Origin: Candidatus Planktophila sp.
Lineage (GTDB): Bacteria; Actinomycetota; Actinomycetes; Nanopelagicales; Nanopelagicaceae
Length of the DNA stretch: 39,882 bases
Reading direction: 5' to 3'
Assembly (NCBI GenBank): GCA_044374325.1
Contig: JBILOR010000001.1
Span: 1 to 39,882, forward strand
A model generated the notes under the pieces. That model searched no databases, had not been told where the DNA came from, and saw nothing but the letters and a program-made list of their open reading frames with translations. Both the position numbers and the translations under genes were made by a program. Of the stretch, positions 1 to 9,402 are shown in pieces. How positions within the stretch are numbered: the stretch's first letter is position 1; every line of letters starts with the position of its first letter.

Positions 1-66
1 AACGGGATTCGAACCCGTGTTACCGCCGTGAAAGGGCGATGTCCTAGGCCCCTAGACGATGGGGAC
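1..66 (-). tRNA. tRNA-Glu(TTC), 3' end cut by the window edge
   Basis: Reverse complement reads GTCCCCATCGTCTAGGGGCCTAGGACATCGCCC-TTTCAC-GGCGGTAACACGGGTTCGAATCCCGTT: anticodon TTC, T-loop GTTCGAAT. A TACGAT -10-like hexamer lies upstream on the minus strand. Confidence 0.95.
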
Positions 67-160
67 GTTTGAGGCTCGCAAATCGTACCCTTTAACGGGC
101 CACGATCAAAACTCGATTAATTCGCACTCAAATAGCGGCGATAAATAGGATTTAAAGAGC

Positions 161-208
161 AAAAAGCCGAGAAAAGTCCGCAATTTCTGCGAACCTCTCT
201 CGGCTTTT
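161..208 (-). terminator. Intrinsic terminator of the SIMPL gene
   Basis: Inverted repeat AAAAGCCGAGA (162-172) / TCTCGGCTTTT (198-208) with an inner CGCA/TGCG stem. It ends in a T-run on the minus strand, just after the stop at 218. Confidence 0.8.
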
Positions 209-217
209 CGAAATTAA

Positions 218-943
218 TTACAGAAGCGCCCAGCGAACTGTGACGCTAACTGTTACATCTTGTTGACCTAGATCAACAACTGTTGACATGGCATCTTCTG
301 CTTTGCCCAACATTGATTGAACTGGGTATGAAGCTGGAGCATAGTTCTCAACGATGTAAGTAACTTTGCCTAACTTCACACCAAGCAACTTGGCATAAGA
401 AGCAGCCTTTGACTTTGCATTCTTAACTGCAACTGCACGAGCAGATTCAGCTGCCTTTGTAGAATCAAGTACAAATGGTGTTACGCCATTGATCTGCAAG
501 TTATCGCCACCTGCTGCAATTACTGAATCAACAATGTCGCCAGCATTTGCTGCATTACGAATAACGATTGCAAATGATTGCGATGAGCGATAACCAATTA
601 ACTTAGAACCCGACTCTTGGGTGTAGTTATATTCTGGATAAACAGTAATGCTTTGAGTTGCTATATCTCTCTTATCAATCTTGGCTGCAACAAGGGCGGC
701 GCGCACAGCAGCTGATGTTGTTGAAACTTGCGCTTGCGCTTCTTTGCTACTACCAGCAATGACCGTCACAGTTGCATTCATGCGCACAGCATCTGGCACA
801 ACCTTGACCGAACCATCTGCCGTAATCGTGACATAACGACTTGGGCTCGTGGCAGCAGAAGCCGTGGGCATGGAAGCCAGTCCGCCAACCAAAGCAAAGG
901 CTAGAGAGATAACTGCAATATTTCGTTTAGTTGTAAGTTTCAT
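218..943 (-). CDS. SIMPL/DUF541 (BP26/YggE-like) secreted protein
   Basis: N-terminal signal peptide (MKLTTKRNIAVISLAFALVGG...ASA), the ITADGSVKVVPD motif, 'ARAVAVKNAKSKAASYAKLLGVKLGKV' and a C-terminal 'QDVTVSVTVRW' strand, all typical of SIMPL. Confidence 0.85.
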   Translation of the reverse strand: MKLTTKRNIAVISLAFALVGGLASMPTASAATSPSRYVTITADGSVKVVPDAVRMNATVTVIAGSSKEAQAQVSTTSAAVRAALVAAKIDKRDIATQSITVYPEYNYTQESGSKLIGYRSSQSFAIVIRNAANAGDIVDSVIAAGGDNLQINGVTPFVLDSTKAAESARAVAVKNAKSKAASYAKLLGVKLGKVTYIVENYAPASYPVQSMLGKAEDAMSTVVDLGQQDVTVSVTVRWALL

Positions 944-1032
944 ACCTCAATTATGACCTAATTAATTAGCCAATCGTTAGCCAGCACTGCGAATTTGGTG
1001 TGAATAAGAGATCACTTGGGTAGGATCAAGCC

Positions 1033-1989
1033 ATGAAAAAAATCGCAGTAACGGGTGGAGCGGGCTTCATTGGCTCTAACCTCGTTGAGCGTCTTTTATC
1101 GCACGGCCACGAAGTAACTGTTGTAGATGACCTATCTACTGGCTTAAAGAGCAACCTTGATTTAACTAAAGTCACTTTTCACGAGTTATCGCTAACTAAC
1201 CGCGATGACCTAGCTAAAGCAGTTAAAGGCGTAGATGCAATCGTGCACCTTGGTGCACGTGGTTCAGTGCCTAGATCACTTAAGAATCCAATCGCAACCC
1301 ATGATGTGAATGCCACGGGCACCTTAAATGTGCTCGAAGCTGCTCGCAGCAATGGTGCTCATGTGATCTTTAGTTCTTCATCTTCTGTCTATGGTCGCAA
1401 TGGTAAGTTACCTAAAGATGAGAGCATGTGGCTTAGTCCGCTAACACCGTATGCCGCTAGCAAGTTAGCCGCTGAAGGTTATGTGCAGGCATATGGCGCC
1501 GCCTACGACGTGCCAGTAACGCTGCTTCGTTTCTTCAATGTATTTGGCCCAAAGCAACGCCCAGACCATGAATATGCAGCTGTGCTACCAAAATGGATCT
1601 GGAAAGCAATGAACAACGAAGCCATCGATGTATATGGCGATGGTAGCCAGACTCGTGACTTCACTTATGTGCGCACTGTTCTAGATGTAATTGAAGATGC
1701 CATTAACCGAGGCGTCCGAACTGAAGGTGCCGTGAACTTGGCCTATGGAAATCGCATTTCGTTATTGGAAACCATTGAGTTGTTAAAGAGTCACTTCCCC
1801 GATCTGAAAGTTAACTTCATCGATATTCGCCCAGGCGATGTAAAAGACTCTCAGAACGATCCAGTTCTACTTAAGCAACTTTTCCCAAGTGTTAAACCAA
1901 CCGACTTCTCAACCGCGCTTAGTGAAACAGTTAATTGGTTGAAAGACTTTGGCCAGAGCGTGGCTAATGGCCCTGCGACAGTTGATTAA
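1033..1989 (+). CDS. NAD-dependent UDP-HexNAc(A) 4-epimerase, WbpP/TviC-like
   Basis: GGAGFIGS Rossmann motif, HLGARGSVPRS (WbpP-type signature), catalytic YAASK, RFFNVFGP. Confidence 0.8.
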   Translation: MKKIAVTGGAGFIGSNLVERLLSHGHEVTVVDDLSTGLKSNLDLTKVTFHELSLTNRDDLAKAVKGVDAIVHLGARGSVPRSLKNPIATHDVNATGTLNVLEAARSNGAHVIFSSSSSVYGRNGKLPKDESMWLSPLTPYAASKLAAEGYVQAYGAAYDVPVTLLRFFNVFGPKQRPDHEYAAVLPKWIWKAMNNEAIDVYGDGSQTRDFTYVRTVLDVIEDAINRGVRTEGAVNLAYGNRISLLETIELLKSHFPDLKVNFIDIRPGDVKDSQNDPVLLKQLFPSVKPTDFSTALSETVNWLKDFGQSVANGPATVD

Positions 1990-2021
1990 AGATTAAGTTG
2001 TTTAACAAAGTGAATAACTAA

Positions 2022-3863
2022 ATGTGTGGCATCGCAGGCGGCGTCGGACCAAGTGCGCCATCACTACAAGCCCTAGAAGCTCAATTAACAAAGTTAGAAC
2101 ACCGTGGTCCAGATGATCGTGGAATCTATGTAAATCAAGGTATTTCGCTAGGTATGTGTCGTTTGGCAATTGTCGAAATTGCTGCCGGCAAACAACCATT
2201 TGAGAGCGCAGATGGCAAGATCAAGATTGTCTTTAACGGTGAAGTTTATAATTACCGCCAGCTCCGCGAAGAACTTGTTGCACTTGGCCACGAATTCGTT
2301 GGTGCTAGTGAATCTGAAGTAATCATTGCCGCCTACCGGCAATATGGCCCAGATTTCCCAAATCACTTAATGGGAATGTTTGCAATTGCGCTCTTTGATC
2401 AAGCCAATGATGCGCTAGTTTTAGTTCGCGACCGAGTTGGCAAGAAGCCACTTTGGTTTTCAAAGCGAGCCGATGGTTCGATTCTCTTCGCTTCTGAAGT
2501 CAAAGCTCTACTTGCTGCGCTGCCAAATCGAACTCTGCGCAAAGGTGTTATTGCCGAAGTAATGCAATTTGGTTATGTGAATGCCCCAAACTCGGCATTT
2601 ACTGAAGTTCGTCAATTGCCACCTGCAACCATGGCGATTTGGCATCAAGGTGATTGGTCGATGCGCACCTATTGGCAGCCAGACTATGAAACTGAAATTC
2701 AAATTTCATACAAAGATGCTCTAGTTGAAACTAAGAGAAAAATAGAAGCCGCAGTTGAACGGCGCTTAATGTCTGAGCGCCCGATGGGTGCTTTCCTAAG
2801 CGGTGGCTACGACTCAACTGTTGTAACCGCTCTAATGGTCAAGTTATCCAGTCAAACTGTTAAGACCTATTCAATCGGTTTTGATCACCCGCAATATAAC
2901 GAAGCTGAATATGCCGGGGCAGTAGCGAAGTTTCTCGGCACAGATCATCACCAAGAGATCGTCAAACCTGACCCCGCTTTAATTCTTCAAGAACTTGCAG
3001 CCTCACTCGATCAGCCTTTTGCTGATTCCTCATACATTCCTACTTATTTATTGGCGAAATACGCTCGCCAAGAGGTGATTGTTGCTTTAGGTGGCGACGG
3101 TGGAGATGAAGTATTTGGCGGTTATGACCGTTACGTAGCGGCACCATTAATGCAACGTGCAAACTATTTCTTAGCGATGGCGAAACCAATCGCAGCAATT
3201 ATGAGCAAAACTGGTGTTGTGAGCGAACGCAAGATGAAGCGAATAGTTTCGCAACTACAATCACACCCTTCACTAGCAGTTCGATACGCATCAATTATGT
3301 CGTTGACGCAGCCAACTCAAATTGCCAGATTGCTAAAACCAGAATTCAACCTGGCTGGTGCAAGTGATGTTTATATAAATAACTTTAAGCGGACAGGAGC
3401 CCGAGATTCATTACACGCAATGATCCGAAGTGACTTTGAACATTATTTGCCAGGTGATCTTTTGGTAAAAGCTGATCTAGCAACCATGGCCAATAGTTTA
3501 GAACTTAGATCGCCACTTCTTGATCACGAAGTAATTGAATGGGTTAATTCATTGCCGGCTAAGTTCAAGGTCGCTGGCAGTGAGAGCAAACACATTCTCA
3601 AAGATATTGCACGTACCTTGGTGCCTGCTGAACTTATTGATCGGCCAAAGATGGGCTTTGCAATTCCTCGGGCTGATTGGATTCGAAACGAGCTACGTCA
3701 GATAACTCATGACTTATTAACTGATGAAATTGCTCGTTCGCGAGGTTGGTTCGATCAACATGAAGTTCACAAAATTCTGAGCGAACACCAGAGTGGCCAA
3801 GATCGTGATTCCATTATTTGGCCCGCGCTTTGCCTCGAACTTTGGGCGCGCAACTGGCTCTAA
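2022..3863 (+). CDS. asnB: Asparagine synthase (glutamine-hydrolysing) family amidotransferase, probably glycan-modifying
   Basis: N-terminal MCGIAG (Ntn Cys), HRGPD, FNGEVYN, RDRVGKKPL, FLSGGYDS, GDGGDEVFGGY, RPKMGF. Confidence 0.92.
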   Translation: MCGIAGGVGPSAPSLQALEAQLTKLEHRGPDDRGIYVNQGISLGMCRLAIVEIAAGKQPFESADGKIKIVFNGEVYNYRQLREELVALGHEFVGASESEVIIAAYRQYGPDFPNHLMGMFAIALFDQANDALVLVRDRVGKKPLWFSKRADGSILFASEVKALLAALPNRTLRKGVIAEVMQFGYVNAPNSAFTEVRQLPPATMAIWHQGDWSMRTYWQPDYETEIQISYKDALVETKRKIEAAVERRLMSERPMGAFLSGGYDSTVVTALMVKLSSQTVKTYSIGFDHPQYNEAEYAGAVAKFLGTDHHQEIVKPDPALILQELAASLDQPFADSSYIPTYLLAKYARQEVIVALGGDGGDEVFGGYDRYVAAPLMQRANYFLAMAKPIAAIMSKTGVVSERKMKRIVSQLQSHPSLAVRYASIMSLTQPTQIARLLKPEFNLAGASDVYINNFKRTGARDSLHAMIRSDFEHYLPGDLLVKADLATMANSLELRSPLLDHEVIEWVNSLPAKFKVAGSESKHILKDIARTLVPAELIDRPKMGFAIPRADWIRNELRQITHDLLTDEIARSRGWFDQHEVHKILSEHQSGQDRDSIIWPALCLELWARNWL

Positions 3864-3885
3864 AAGTCCATAAGGTTAATTGTCT

Positions 3886-5037
3886 TTAGCGTTTGAGCAA
3901 TTTCAAATATAAATCTTGATGATCTTTAAGAAGGCGAAAAACACCATATCTAGCCAGGGTGTATTCCTTGCCAGCGGCGCCCATTTTGGCTCTTAAAGCA
4001 CTATCTGTGGCCACTTTAGCAACAGCATCAGCAAGTTGCTTGGCCGATAGATCTGTAAGTAAACCAGTTTCGCCATTAACTACAATTTCATTTGTTGATC
4101 CAACATTTGTGGCTACAACAGGAATACCGACCATGCCCGCCTGAATCAAACTTAGCGGCGTTCCCTCATTATCGCTAGTCAGTAATACAAAGTCTGCAGC
4201 GGCTAAGACAACTTCAATGTCCTCGCGCCAACCCAAGAATGTGACTGGTAGGTTTTCAGATTCTGCGCGATCTTGGCAATATTGCAGAAGCTCGCCAGCG
4301 CCTGCGACGATAAAATGTAAATCAATTCCACGGGTTTTAACTTCGGCCACGACATCTAAGAATCTATCTGGTCGCTTGATTTGAGTTATTCGACCTATGA
4401 ATGCACAGTAAATAGCATCGTCATTCAAATCTAATTCCTTGCGAGCCGATGATCGACTTGGCACTTCAGCAAGTTGTAAACCAGGCGGCATAACACCAAA
4501 TTTATTTTGAGTACCAATACCGACCGCGATCAGGTCATCCTTAACTTTTGTACCAACTGCCAGAAGTTGGTCTGTGAACAATGCTAAGAACCTTTCAACC
4601 AGGATAACTAACTTTGTTTTCCCCGCGCCAAAGTAGCCGTTCAGTAAGTGACCATGAAAAGTATGAACACGAACAGATTTGTGACCGCTGAGAATTGATG
4701 CAACTCGGCCAACTACTCCAGCCTTAGCCGTGTGTGTGTGAATGACATCTGGTTTGAATCTGCGAATCTCATTAATAATGGCAAAGAGTGCCGTTAAGTC
4801 CGCTCTAGGTTTAATTGATCTGCCTAAGCCATCTATGCGAACTGCCTTCACATCTGTGGCAACCTTCTCTAAGTAATCAGCTTCATCAGCCGCGCAATAT
4901 CCAGTCACTAACTCTTGCTCAAATACTTGGGCGTCAAACCCGCGCATAAGGCCAGAAACCTGCACAGCCGGGCCACCCACATTCATGCGCGCGATTACGC
5001 GAAGGACCCTTACTTTTGATGAGCTATTGGTTACCAT
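3886..5037 (-). CDS. Glycosyltransferase family 4 (GT-B)
   Basis: RMNVGGPA, PDVIHTHTAKAG, SDNEGTPLSLIQA and VVATNVG motifs. Confidence 0.9.
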   Translation of the reverse strand: MVTNSSSKVRVLRVIARMNVGGPAVQVSGLMRGFDAQVFEQELVTGYCAADEADYLEKVATDVKAVRIDGLGRSIKPRADLTALFAIINEIRRFKPDVIHTHTAKAGVVGRVASILSGHKSVRVHTFHGHLLNGYFGAGKTKLVILVERFLALFTDQLLAVGTKVKDDLIAVGIGTQNKFGVMPPGLQLAEVPSRSSARKELDLNDDAIYCAFIGRITQIKRPDRFLDVVAEVKTRGIDLHFIVAGAGELLQYCQDRAESENLPVTFLGWREDIEVVLAAADFVLLTSDNEGTPLSLIQAGMVGIPVVATNVGSTNEIVVNGETGLLTDLSAKQLADAVAKVATDSALRAKMGAAGKEYTLARYGVFRLLKDHQDLYLKLLKR

Positions 5038-5112
5038 TTACTAATAAACCATAACCCTGAGCAAACTTTCGTACGATAATAACAAAAAAGTGAATTCAAA
5101 TTTCATTTGAAG

Positions 5113-5898
5113 CTAGTGGTCAACAAACTTAGACCGGATCGCACTTGCAAATTTAATAAAATCGCCGTGTTCTATAAATTCTGATAAGTCTTTTGGAGTG
5201 CCTAAGCCGTGAACTGAATCCCCGTGTTCCCCTATGTTAAAGACATCTATATTTAAATTATTTTCAATGAGATAACCGTACGAAGGTGCTACATAGTATT
5301 CATCATTTACAGTCATTTCGTTGTCGCGTAAGTATTTGATTGCGTTTTTCATTACCGATAAATCTGACCATCCATATATGCCTACAGTGGCTTCGTCTGA
5401 AATTTCTTCTTTTTCTACAACCCTATTCACAATTCCATCTTCGTCCCGACCAATGAAAGACCATTTCTTACCTCTTGCTTTCATTGCAAGAATATAACCA
5501 GAGGCAAAATCTTGTCTAACACCTTCAATAAATGGAGTCATATCTGCAGAAACATACTGATCAGAATTTGCGACGATTATCGGAATTCCAGGTAACAATT
5601 TTTTCACCGCTAGCTCCACAGTTGCGGCTGGTCCCTCTGTTAACCCATCAATCTGGACGAAATCTATTTCGAAATTGAGTTTAGTTAGAAAAGCTTTTAG
5701 CTTCTCTGGCAAGACATCCTTCTCTTGACTGACAATTACCACTCTGTCATTTTCTTCTAGTTGGAAATTGGCCAAAACCCAGAGAAGCATGGGCAAGCCA
5801 TCCAATTCTATGAGCGGCTTCGGAGTACTTACTCCTACTTCGCGAAAGCGATTTCCCGCACCAGCGGCAGGAATAACAAGTTGAACAGATTTTCTCAC
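5113..5898 (-). CDS. Sugar-phosphate-type nucleotidyltransferase (GT-A/NTP-transferase fold)
   Basis: IPAAGAGNRF...PKPLI nucleotide-binding signature, TEGPAATV, ANSDQ, VEKEEIS..ATVGIY, GLGTP. Confidence 0.8.
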   Translation of the reverse strand: MRKSVQLVIPAAGAGNRFREVGVSTPKPLIELDGLPMLLWVLANFQLEENDRVVIVSQEKDVLPEKLKAFLTKLNFEIDFVQIDGLTEGPAATVELAVKKLLPGIPIIVANSDQYVSADMTPFIEGVRQDFASGYILAMKARGKKWSFIGRDEDGIVNRVVEKEEISDEATVGIYGWSDLSVMKNAIKYLRDNEMTVNDEYYVAPSYGYLIENNLNIDVFNIGEHGDSVHGLGTPKDLSEFIEHGDFIKFASAIRSKFVDH

Positions 5899-6215
5899 TC
5901 TAATACTTTATCACTGGGGATACTTGGAAATTTAATGCAGGTCAAGGAACCTTTTGTTAAAGCCTCAAAATCAGCGTACTGCCCAGGCTCAATAACCAAA
6001 ATATCTCCGCTGCTCAAAAACTCATCTGCGATTCTTACTTTTCCTTCATGAATAACCGTAATTTCAGTTGCAATCAATTGCTTATGGGATGGTTCTTTAT
6101 CACCTAAATCGAAAAACTTAACTCCAACTTCAACATCCCCACTCATATAGATCGAGGGAAGGAAATTACCAACCACCCAACCTCCTTTGAAATTCTCTAT
6201 TTTATTAACAATCAT
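5895..6215 (-). CDS. Small cupin-like protein
   Basis: 106 aa; GWVVGNF, 'EPSHKQLIATEITVIHEGKV' and 'GDILVIEPGQ' resemble cupin motifs 1 and 2. It overlaps both neighbours by 4 nt. Confidence 0.6.
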   Translation of the reverse strand: MIVNKIENFKGGWVVGNFLPSIYMSGDVEVGVKFFDLGDKEPSHKQLIATEITVIHEGKVRIADEFLSSGDILVIEPGQYADFEALTKGSLTCIKFPSIPSDKVLE

Positions 6216-6916
6216 AGATTCAACCTCCTTATCGAGTCATCTGCCTCTGCCTTAGTGGAAAATCTGAAGTATTCACTTTCATCTATCTCAAAAAGACTCA
6301 CTTTCTTATTTTCAAAGATAAGCTTATTTATTGCTGATGACACGTAGTACTTTTCATCTACTTCTATCTTATTAAGTAATGCCCAACTAATTGAATCAAC
6401 AAGAAATTCTTTATTTCTAAAGTAGTAGATTCCCGTCGACGCGATAGCGCTAACATTCTGTTTCTCAACAAGTTCAATCGGCGAACCATTTGCTTCGCGG
6501 ACGTAAGAATAATTCTTATTGTATGACTTAAAAACTATCAGCCCCCCATCAGAATCGGCCTCAAACATTTTATCTACAAATGCATTGGCAATGTTGAAAC
6601 AGAGGCCATCAACCGCCGAAACCAGCACAGGAGTATCGTTTACAACTTTATCCAAACACATTCCCGCCGTCGCAAGTGCGCCCTTAGTAGGCCGAGAAAT
6701 GCAATGTAGAGATACATTTGTTGGTAATTGAAAGTCGCTAAAATATGCAAAGTCTTCTGAATCAAGCGCAATAATCTTTAAGGATTCGTTATCGAAGGAT
6801 GTCAATGCCAACTGCAACAAATTTTTTCCGTCTTTCACAATGTATTTACATTTATCAAATTCAGCCCTGACATGAGTTTTGTTTCCGGCACCTAATATCA
6901 AATTTTGATATTTCAA
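6212..6916 (-). CDS. Second, divergent nucleotidyltransferase-like protein
   Basis: The C-terminal half parallels 5113..5898 (TKGALATA, YSYV, VEKQNVS.IASTGIYYF, YYVS). The N-terminal GAG motif is degenerate. Confidence 0.65.
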   Translation of the reverse strand: MKYQNLILGAGNKTHVRAEFDKCKYIVKDGKNLLQLALTSFDNESLKIIALDSEDFAYFSDFQLPTNVSLHCISRPTKGALATAGMCLDKVVNDTPVLVSAVDGLCFNIANAFVDKMFEADSDGGLIVFKSYNKNYSYVREANGSPIELVEKQNVSAIASTGIYYFRNKEFLVDSISWALLNKIEVDEKYYVSSAINKLIFENKKVSLFEIDESEYFRFSTKAEADDSIRRLNL

Positions 6917-7557
6917 TTTATACCAACCAGAAGCTGAGGTAATTCATCTGCAAGTAGCTCAAGTGATACTTGTAAAGGCGAATCGACTTTGATGACATGA
7001 CAACCAGCTGATTTAGCGGCTTCATATCCGTAATCACCATCTTCTATTACGATAACTTCTTCAGGTGACAGTCCAAGTTTAGTGCATGCCAACAAATAGC
7101 AATCAGGACTCGGTTTTTGATTTTGGACATCTTGATTCGTTACTAGAACATCTATCAAATCCAATAATTGAGCATGACTTAATAGTATTTCTGCAGTTCT
7201 CCTGATGCTATTTGTGACCACGCCCGTGGCAAACCCTTTTTTTCTTAACCTCGCAACTAAAATTTGATGCTGAACTACCGGGTAGCAAAATTGTCCAGCA
7301 ATTCTTAAAGTTCTATCTTGCTTTACTTCATTCACCAAAGGATGTAGAGATTGCGGAAAGCCATATTCTGCACTGAGAATGTTTAACTTAGCTCCTGTGG
7401 ATAAACCATTAAATCTAGATAGATGGTCCTCATAAGAGATTTCAAATCCGAAGGGGTGCAGAGCTTCATTCAACGCGTGGTAATGCCAGTCTCTAGCGTC
7501 AATAAGGACTCCATCCATATCGAACAGGACGGCTTTTATGGTTCTATTTTCTGGCAT
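6913..7557 (-). CDS. HAD-superfamily phosphatase (beta-PGM/CbbY-like)
   Basis: FDMDGVLID (motif I), VTNS (II), KPSPD (III), IEDGDYG (IV). Confidence 0.9.
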   Translation of the reverse strand: MPENRTIKAVLFDMDGVLIDARDWHYHALNEALHPFGFEISYEDHLSRFNGLSTGAKLNILSAEYGFPQSLHPLVNEVKQDRTLRIAGQFCYPVVQHQILVARLRKKGFATGVVTNSIRRTAEILLSHAQLLDLIDVLVTNQDVQNQKPSPDCYLLACTKLGLSPEEVIVIEDGDYGYEAAKSAGCHVIKVDSPLQVSLELLADELPQLLVGIN

Positions 7558-8173
7558 TTGAAAACTCTATTGGAAGATCGGTGCAAAGTGCGAAATTTTG
7601 ACGGCCCTTTTCATGGGAATCATGAATGTAGTCCCAAACATATCTAGGGTCCCTGCCGTGAATTTCAGGCGAAACAACAACAATTTTCTTGTTTTGCAGA
7701 TCCTTGATTGTATTTAAATCCTCGATCCACCAATCGGAATGGAATGAATCCAACCAGACAACTTTAGTATCCCAAGGTAGAACTTTTTCATATTCACTTA
7801 GCCGAAGAGCGTGTGCTAAGTCATACTTTTTAAACTTGAGCATCTCGGGCACTGAACCGTCGAAGAAGAATGAATCGGTTTCTTCAACCCAGTCACGGTA
7901 ATCCGAGAGGAAAACTTCCATCCCATCCTCCTTTAAGTTTAGCGCAAAGGAAGTATTAAATACTTGTAATTGATTAAAAAAAAGTAAATCATTCGATTCT
8001 ACATCGTGAGAAATTGAACATTCTGAATTTATAAATCTAATATCAGTTTCAATTGAGAATCCAAGCTGCACAGCTTTATCAAATGACTCTTGTGTGTTTT
8101 GATCTTTCTTATCTTTCCAAAATCCACGATGACAGTAAATGTTTCTCATTTCGGAAGAATCATGGCTCATCAC
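7544..8173 (-). CDS. Glycerophosphodiester phosphodiesterase/PI-PLC-like protein
   Basis: CHRG..., 'QNTQESF', ETDIR, ISHD, NLKE, VSPEIHG and a C-terminal LCTD pattern. GTG start lies 7 nt after TAGAAT. Confidence 0.65.
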   Translation of the reverse strand: MMSHDSSEMRNIYCHRGFWKDKKDQNTQESFDKAVQLGFSIETDIRFINSECSISHDVESNDLLFFNQLQVFNTSFALNLKEDGMEVFLSDYRDWVEETDSFFFDGSVPEMLKFKKYDLAHALRLSEYEKVLPWDTKVVWLDSFHSDWWIEDLNTIKDLQNKKIVVVSPEIHGRDPRYVWDYIHDSHEKGRQNFALCTDLPIEFSNARK

Positions 8174-8295
8174 AGATTACATTCTATCCAGAATTAGGTC
8201 TTCAATTGTGAGCGGATTCATCTATTTTCTAAAAATATTACTAAGATTTGATTTGTTGCCATGAAACTTAAGCAGGATAAAGAGGAAAATGTAAT

Positions 8296-9354
8296 ATGGA
8301 AGCGGTGAATTACTTGGTAGGCAAAATCAAGTCAAAATTGTTCCCACTAAACTTTATAATTGAGCGCCTTTTTATTCTGTACAGAAAGAACGCTCAGAAT
8401 TATCCTGTATATGGGATATATTCTTTTTCCCCGGTTAAAGAGTTTCCACCCAATAGTGAGGTTAGATTTCTACAACGTTATGATGACGTTGGAATTGTTC
8501 TTCAGGGTCCAATAAAACATGATTTTTCTTTCACTTATAGAACAGTAATACTTTATTTAAAGAACTTTGCAGGTTGTCAAGTAATTCTTTCAACTTGGGA
8601 TGACGAAGATTTGAGCTTGTTCCAAGAACTAGATGAGTCCAATAGTAATTTTCATTTAGTAATTAACGAGAAACCAAAAAATGAGGGAATATCACACATC
8701 AATTTTCAAATTTTATCTAGTATCTCCGGGATTAAAAAATCAGAGAAATTAGGATTGGCTTATACGTTAAAGAGTCGAACCGATCAGTGCATGTTTGATC
8801 CATTTTCGGTAATCAAGTTGAGGGACTTGTTCATTAATCTTGAAAGTTCTGAGAAGTTGATTTTTTTATCTTTAGGAACTTTTCTATTTAGGCCTTACTC
8901 GCCATCCGACTTCTTCCAATTCGGCTTGACTAATTCAGTAAAGGAATATTGGGATTTACGGTTTGACTCTCGGTCCAAGATGGACCAACCCGAAATAAGT
9001 GGCTGGTCTTTGAGGGATTTTTCAAAATATGAGGTGTGTGAAATCTATCCCGCAGTAAATTTCTTAAGGAAAAAAGGCGAAGTCTTAGACTTTACATTGG
9101 CGCACAGCATATTAATGTTTAAGAAATATTTTCATGTTATAGACCCAGATAGGCTTGGGCTTGTATGGGACAAGTACACTTACAAAAAAGACAGATTCAA
9201 TCAGAATCACTTTGAAAACCCGTACCAAGAACTCAACGAGGGTGTCGCGCTAATTCTGAAAGATTCGGCAAGCTACTTCAGCGATCTAGACTATTTACTG
9301 GACTTGCCTGTCCGAAATCGAGTGTTTGAGAACAAAAATGGTAATCTTGGTTAG
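8296..9354 (+). CDS. WavE-family polysaccharide biosynthesis protein
   Basis: IVLQGPI, VILSTWDDE, NFQILSSISGI, YTLKSRTDQ and PSDFFQFG match my recollection of the WavE pattern. Confidence 0.7.
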   Translation: MEAVNYLVGKIKSKLFPLNFIIERLFILYRKNAQNYPVYGIYSFSPVKEFPPNSEVRFLQRYDDVGIVLQGPIKHDFSFTYRTVILYLKNFAGCQVILSTWDDEDLSLFQELDESNSNFHLVINEKPKNEGISHINFQILSSISGIKKSEKLGLAYTLKSRTDQCMFDPFSVIKLRDLFINLESSEKLIFLSLGTFLFRPYSPSDFFQFGLTNSVKEYWDLRFDSRSKMDQPEISGWSLRDFSKYEVCEIYPAVNFLRKKGEVLDFTLAHSILMFKKYFHVIDPDRLGLVWDKYTYKKDRFNQNHFENPYQELNEGVALILKDSASYFSDLDYLLDLPVRNRVFENKNGNLG

Positions 9355-9402
9355 TAAATTTTACAATCTGAATAAGCCACTCCCTAGTTTTGGAGATTAA
9401 TT

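Noticed and set aside
7976-7983. A8 homopolymer (and other 7-nt A/T runs) as phase-variation tracts
   Set aside because: Short A/T runs are expected in AT-rich genes, all frames are intact, and there are no long G/C tracts.
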